Origin: the human T2T-CHM13v2.0 reference genome, Homo sapiens
NCBI RefSeq assembly: GCF_009914755.1
Contig: NC_060929.1
Direction: 5' to 3' (one strand)
Length of the DNA: 64,000 nt
The notes under the pieces are model-generated. The model saw only the letters and a list, made by a program, of their open reading frames with translations, searched no databases and was not told the origin of the DNA. Both the position numbers and the translations under genes were made by a program. Positions 61,927 through 64,000 of the stretch are shown here, piece by piece. How positions within the stretch are numbered: the stretch's first letter is position 1; the number at the start of each line of letters is the position of its first letter.

Positions 61927-64000
61927 CCAATTATGCAGATCAACTACAGTAGAAACAGGATGCTCAACAAGAGAAAAAAAACTTGTGGGGAACCACATTG
62001 ATATTCTACTGGCCATGATGCCACTGAACAGCTATGAACGAGGCCAGTGGGGAACCCTTACCTAAGTATGTGATTGACAAATCATGATCTGTACCTAAGC
62101 TCAGTATGCAAAAGCCCAAACTAGTGCAGAAACTGTAAACTGTGCCTTTCAAAGAACTGGCCCTAGGTGAACAGGAAAACAATGAAGTTTGCATGACTAA
62201 ATTGCAGAAGCATAATTTTATTTTTTTGGAGCACTTTTTCAGCAATATTAGCGGCTGAGGGGCTCAGGATCTATTTTAATATTTCAATTATTCTTCCATT
62301 TCATATAGTGATCACAAGCAGGGGGTTCTGCAATTCCGTTCAAATTTTTTGTCACTGGCTATAAAATCAGTATCTGCCTCTTTTAGGTCAGAGTATGCTA
62401 TGAGTAGCAATACATACATATATTTTTAAAAGTTGATACTTCTTTATGACCCACAGTTGACCTTTATTTTCTTAAATACCAGGGCAGTTGTGGCTCATTG
62501 TGCATTTTACTGTTGGCCCATTCATTTCGTTTTTGGAAATTATGGTTTTGTATTTTCATGTTTATTTACATTCATTTTTGTTTATTCAGGGAAAGCTGAT
62601 CTTTTTTTCAAACCAGAAAAAAAAAATGAACTAGATATGAAGTAGAGTTCATTAAATATCTTGCTATTGTCAGAGTTTTTAAAATATAGACTTAATTTTG
62701 TTTTTTTAAATTGGAATACAATAAAGTACTACCTACATTTGAGTCAGTCACCACTCTTATTGTGCAGGTTAAGTACAAGTTAACTAAAAATAAACTGTCC
62801 TCTCTGGTGCAACTCACAACCAAGATCAAGATTACCTTAAAATTTATTTGAATTTTTTAGATGTTTTGGTTGTCAAACTGTAGGAAACTTCACAACATTT
62901 AAGTCTTACTCTGTATGTAACAATCCATCATTCACCTTCACTACTGGTAATAACATAGAGCTGCCATTTTCCTTTTACCATGCATCATCTCTTTACAGTA
63001 GGCCTGGCAGATCATTTTTTAAAAAGATTATTCAACTACCAATCAGTAATGTTTTTAAACAGTACATTTGCTTTGAACTTGGAAAATGTGTTCAGAAAGA
63101 AAAATGGAATTGAATTTCATTTATACACTAATTCCTTGGATTTTGCACAGTTACCTAACGGTTTTAGTCTGGAGTTAAATTCAGATGCATGGAATCCTGA
63201 AGGAAAATGGTAGCTTTTTAATCTTTTTGTGTGTGTGTGAGTCTTTTAAATCAAGTACTGATTAACTATTAAGTACAACTTTGAGATTTTAGTTTTAACT
63301 CTTCAGAAGCCAGTGTGAAATAGAATTGGTTATTCTCAAAGACTCAGGATAAACTAAATAAGCTATATATAGAGTACATTTAAAATGTACAACACAAATT
63401 GGAAGTAAAATAAGTTACAAGATAAGTTTACAGGGATATATTGCTTACAATTTTTAAAAGGCAGTTTGTTTTTTATGTGAATATGTTTCTTAGTGAAATT
63501 TTACATTCCTTTGTTTTGGAAGATTGGCGATATTTGAAGAGTTAAAAATAGTACAGAAATGTGAAGTTTGGTATCTCTAAATGTGTTGTACTTGACTTTC
63601 TTTTTTATTTTTTTTTATTTTTTTTGACTACTTAGAATTTTCACAATTCTAATAAGATTGTTTCCAAGTCTCTCATGTGCAAGCTTTAAAGGATGCACTC
63701 TTGCCATTTTATGTACTGGAAGATCATTGGTCAGATGAATACTGTGTCTGACAAAAATGTAAACTGTATAAACTGAGGAACCTCAGCTAATCAGTATTAC
63801 TTTGTAGATCACCATGCCCACCACATTTCAAACTCAAACTATCTGTAGATTTCAAAATCCATTGTGTTTGAGTTTGTTTGCAGTTCCCTCAGCTTGCTGG
63901 TAATTGTGGTGTTTTGTTTTTTGTTTTGTTTTCAATGCAAATGTGATGTAATATTCTTATTTTCTTTGGATCAAAGCTGGACTGGAAATTGTATCGTGTA
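61927..64000 (+). other. MAP3K1: MAP3K1 3' UTR, probably continuing past the window end
   Basis: AU-rich sequence with no obvious repeat after the stop codon; AATAAA at 62720 and 62789; several miRNA seed matches. Confidence 0.88.

Overview
AT-rich, Alu-dense primate genomic DNA, almost certainly human, holding most of MAP3K1 (MEKK1) on the + strand. The window contains the distal ~24.8 kb of intron 1, coding exons 2-20 (24853-61926; 19 GT-AG exons that splice in phase into 4054 nt ending in TAG) and ~2 kb of 3' UTR. Exon 1 and the promoter lie upstream of the window. The encoded domains are SWIM, RING/PHD, a TOG/armadillo-like region, a caspase site, a UIM and the Ser/Thr kinase. Introns contain Alu, L1, L2, MIR, LTR and DNA-transposon fossils, and nearly all other entries in the ORF track are spurious or repeat-derived. 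There is no prokaryotic-type system here. Best leads: (1) exons 4-6 are tightly bracketed by inverted Alus, and the predicted 467-nt circle carries a 155-codon ORF that goes once round and stops on a TGA overlapping its own ATG. (2) A TSD-bounded insertion in the last intron consists of an inverted L1 ORF2 piece joined to apparently transduced sequence with its own AATAAA and A-tail. (3) A 5'-inverted, twin-primed Alu. (4) An exon 4 acceptor with no pyrimidine tract. (5) A MADE1/miR-548-type hairpin and a separate perfect 31-bp inverted repeat. (6) An exon 14 haplotype with four protein-level differences from the reference as I remember it. Exon numbers, repeat names and miRNA seeds come from recall, not database searches, and the boundaries of old repeats are approximate.
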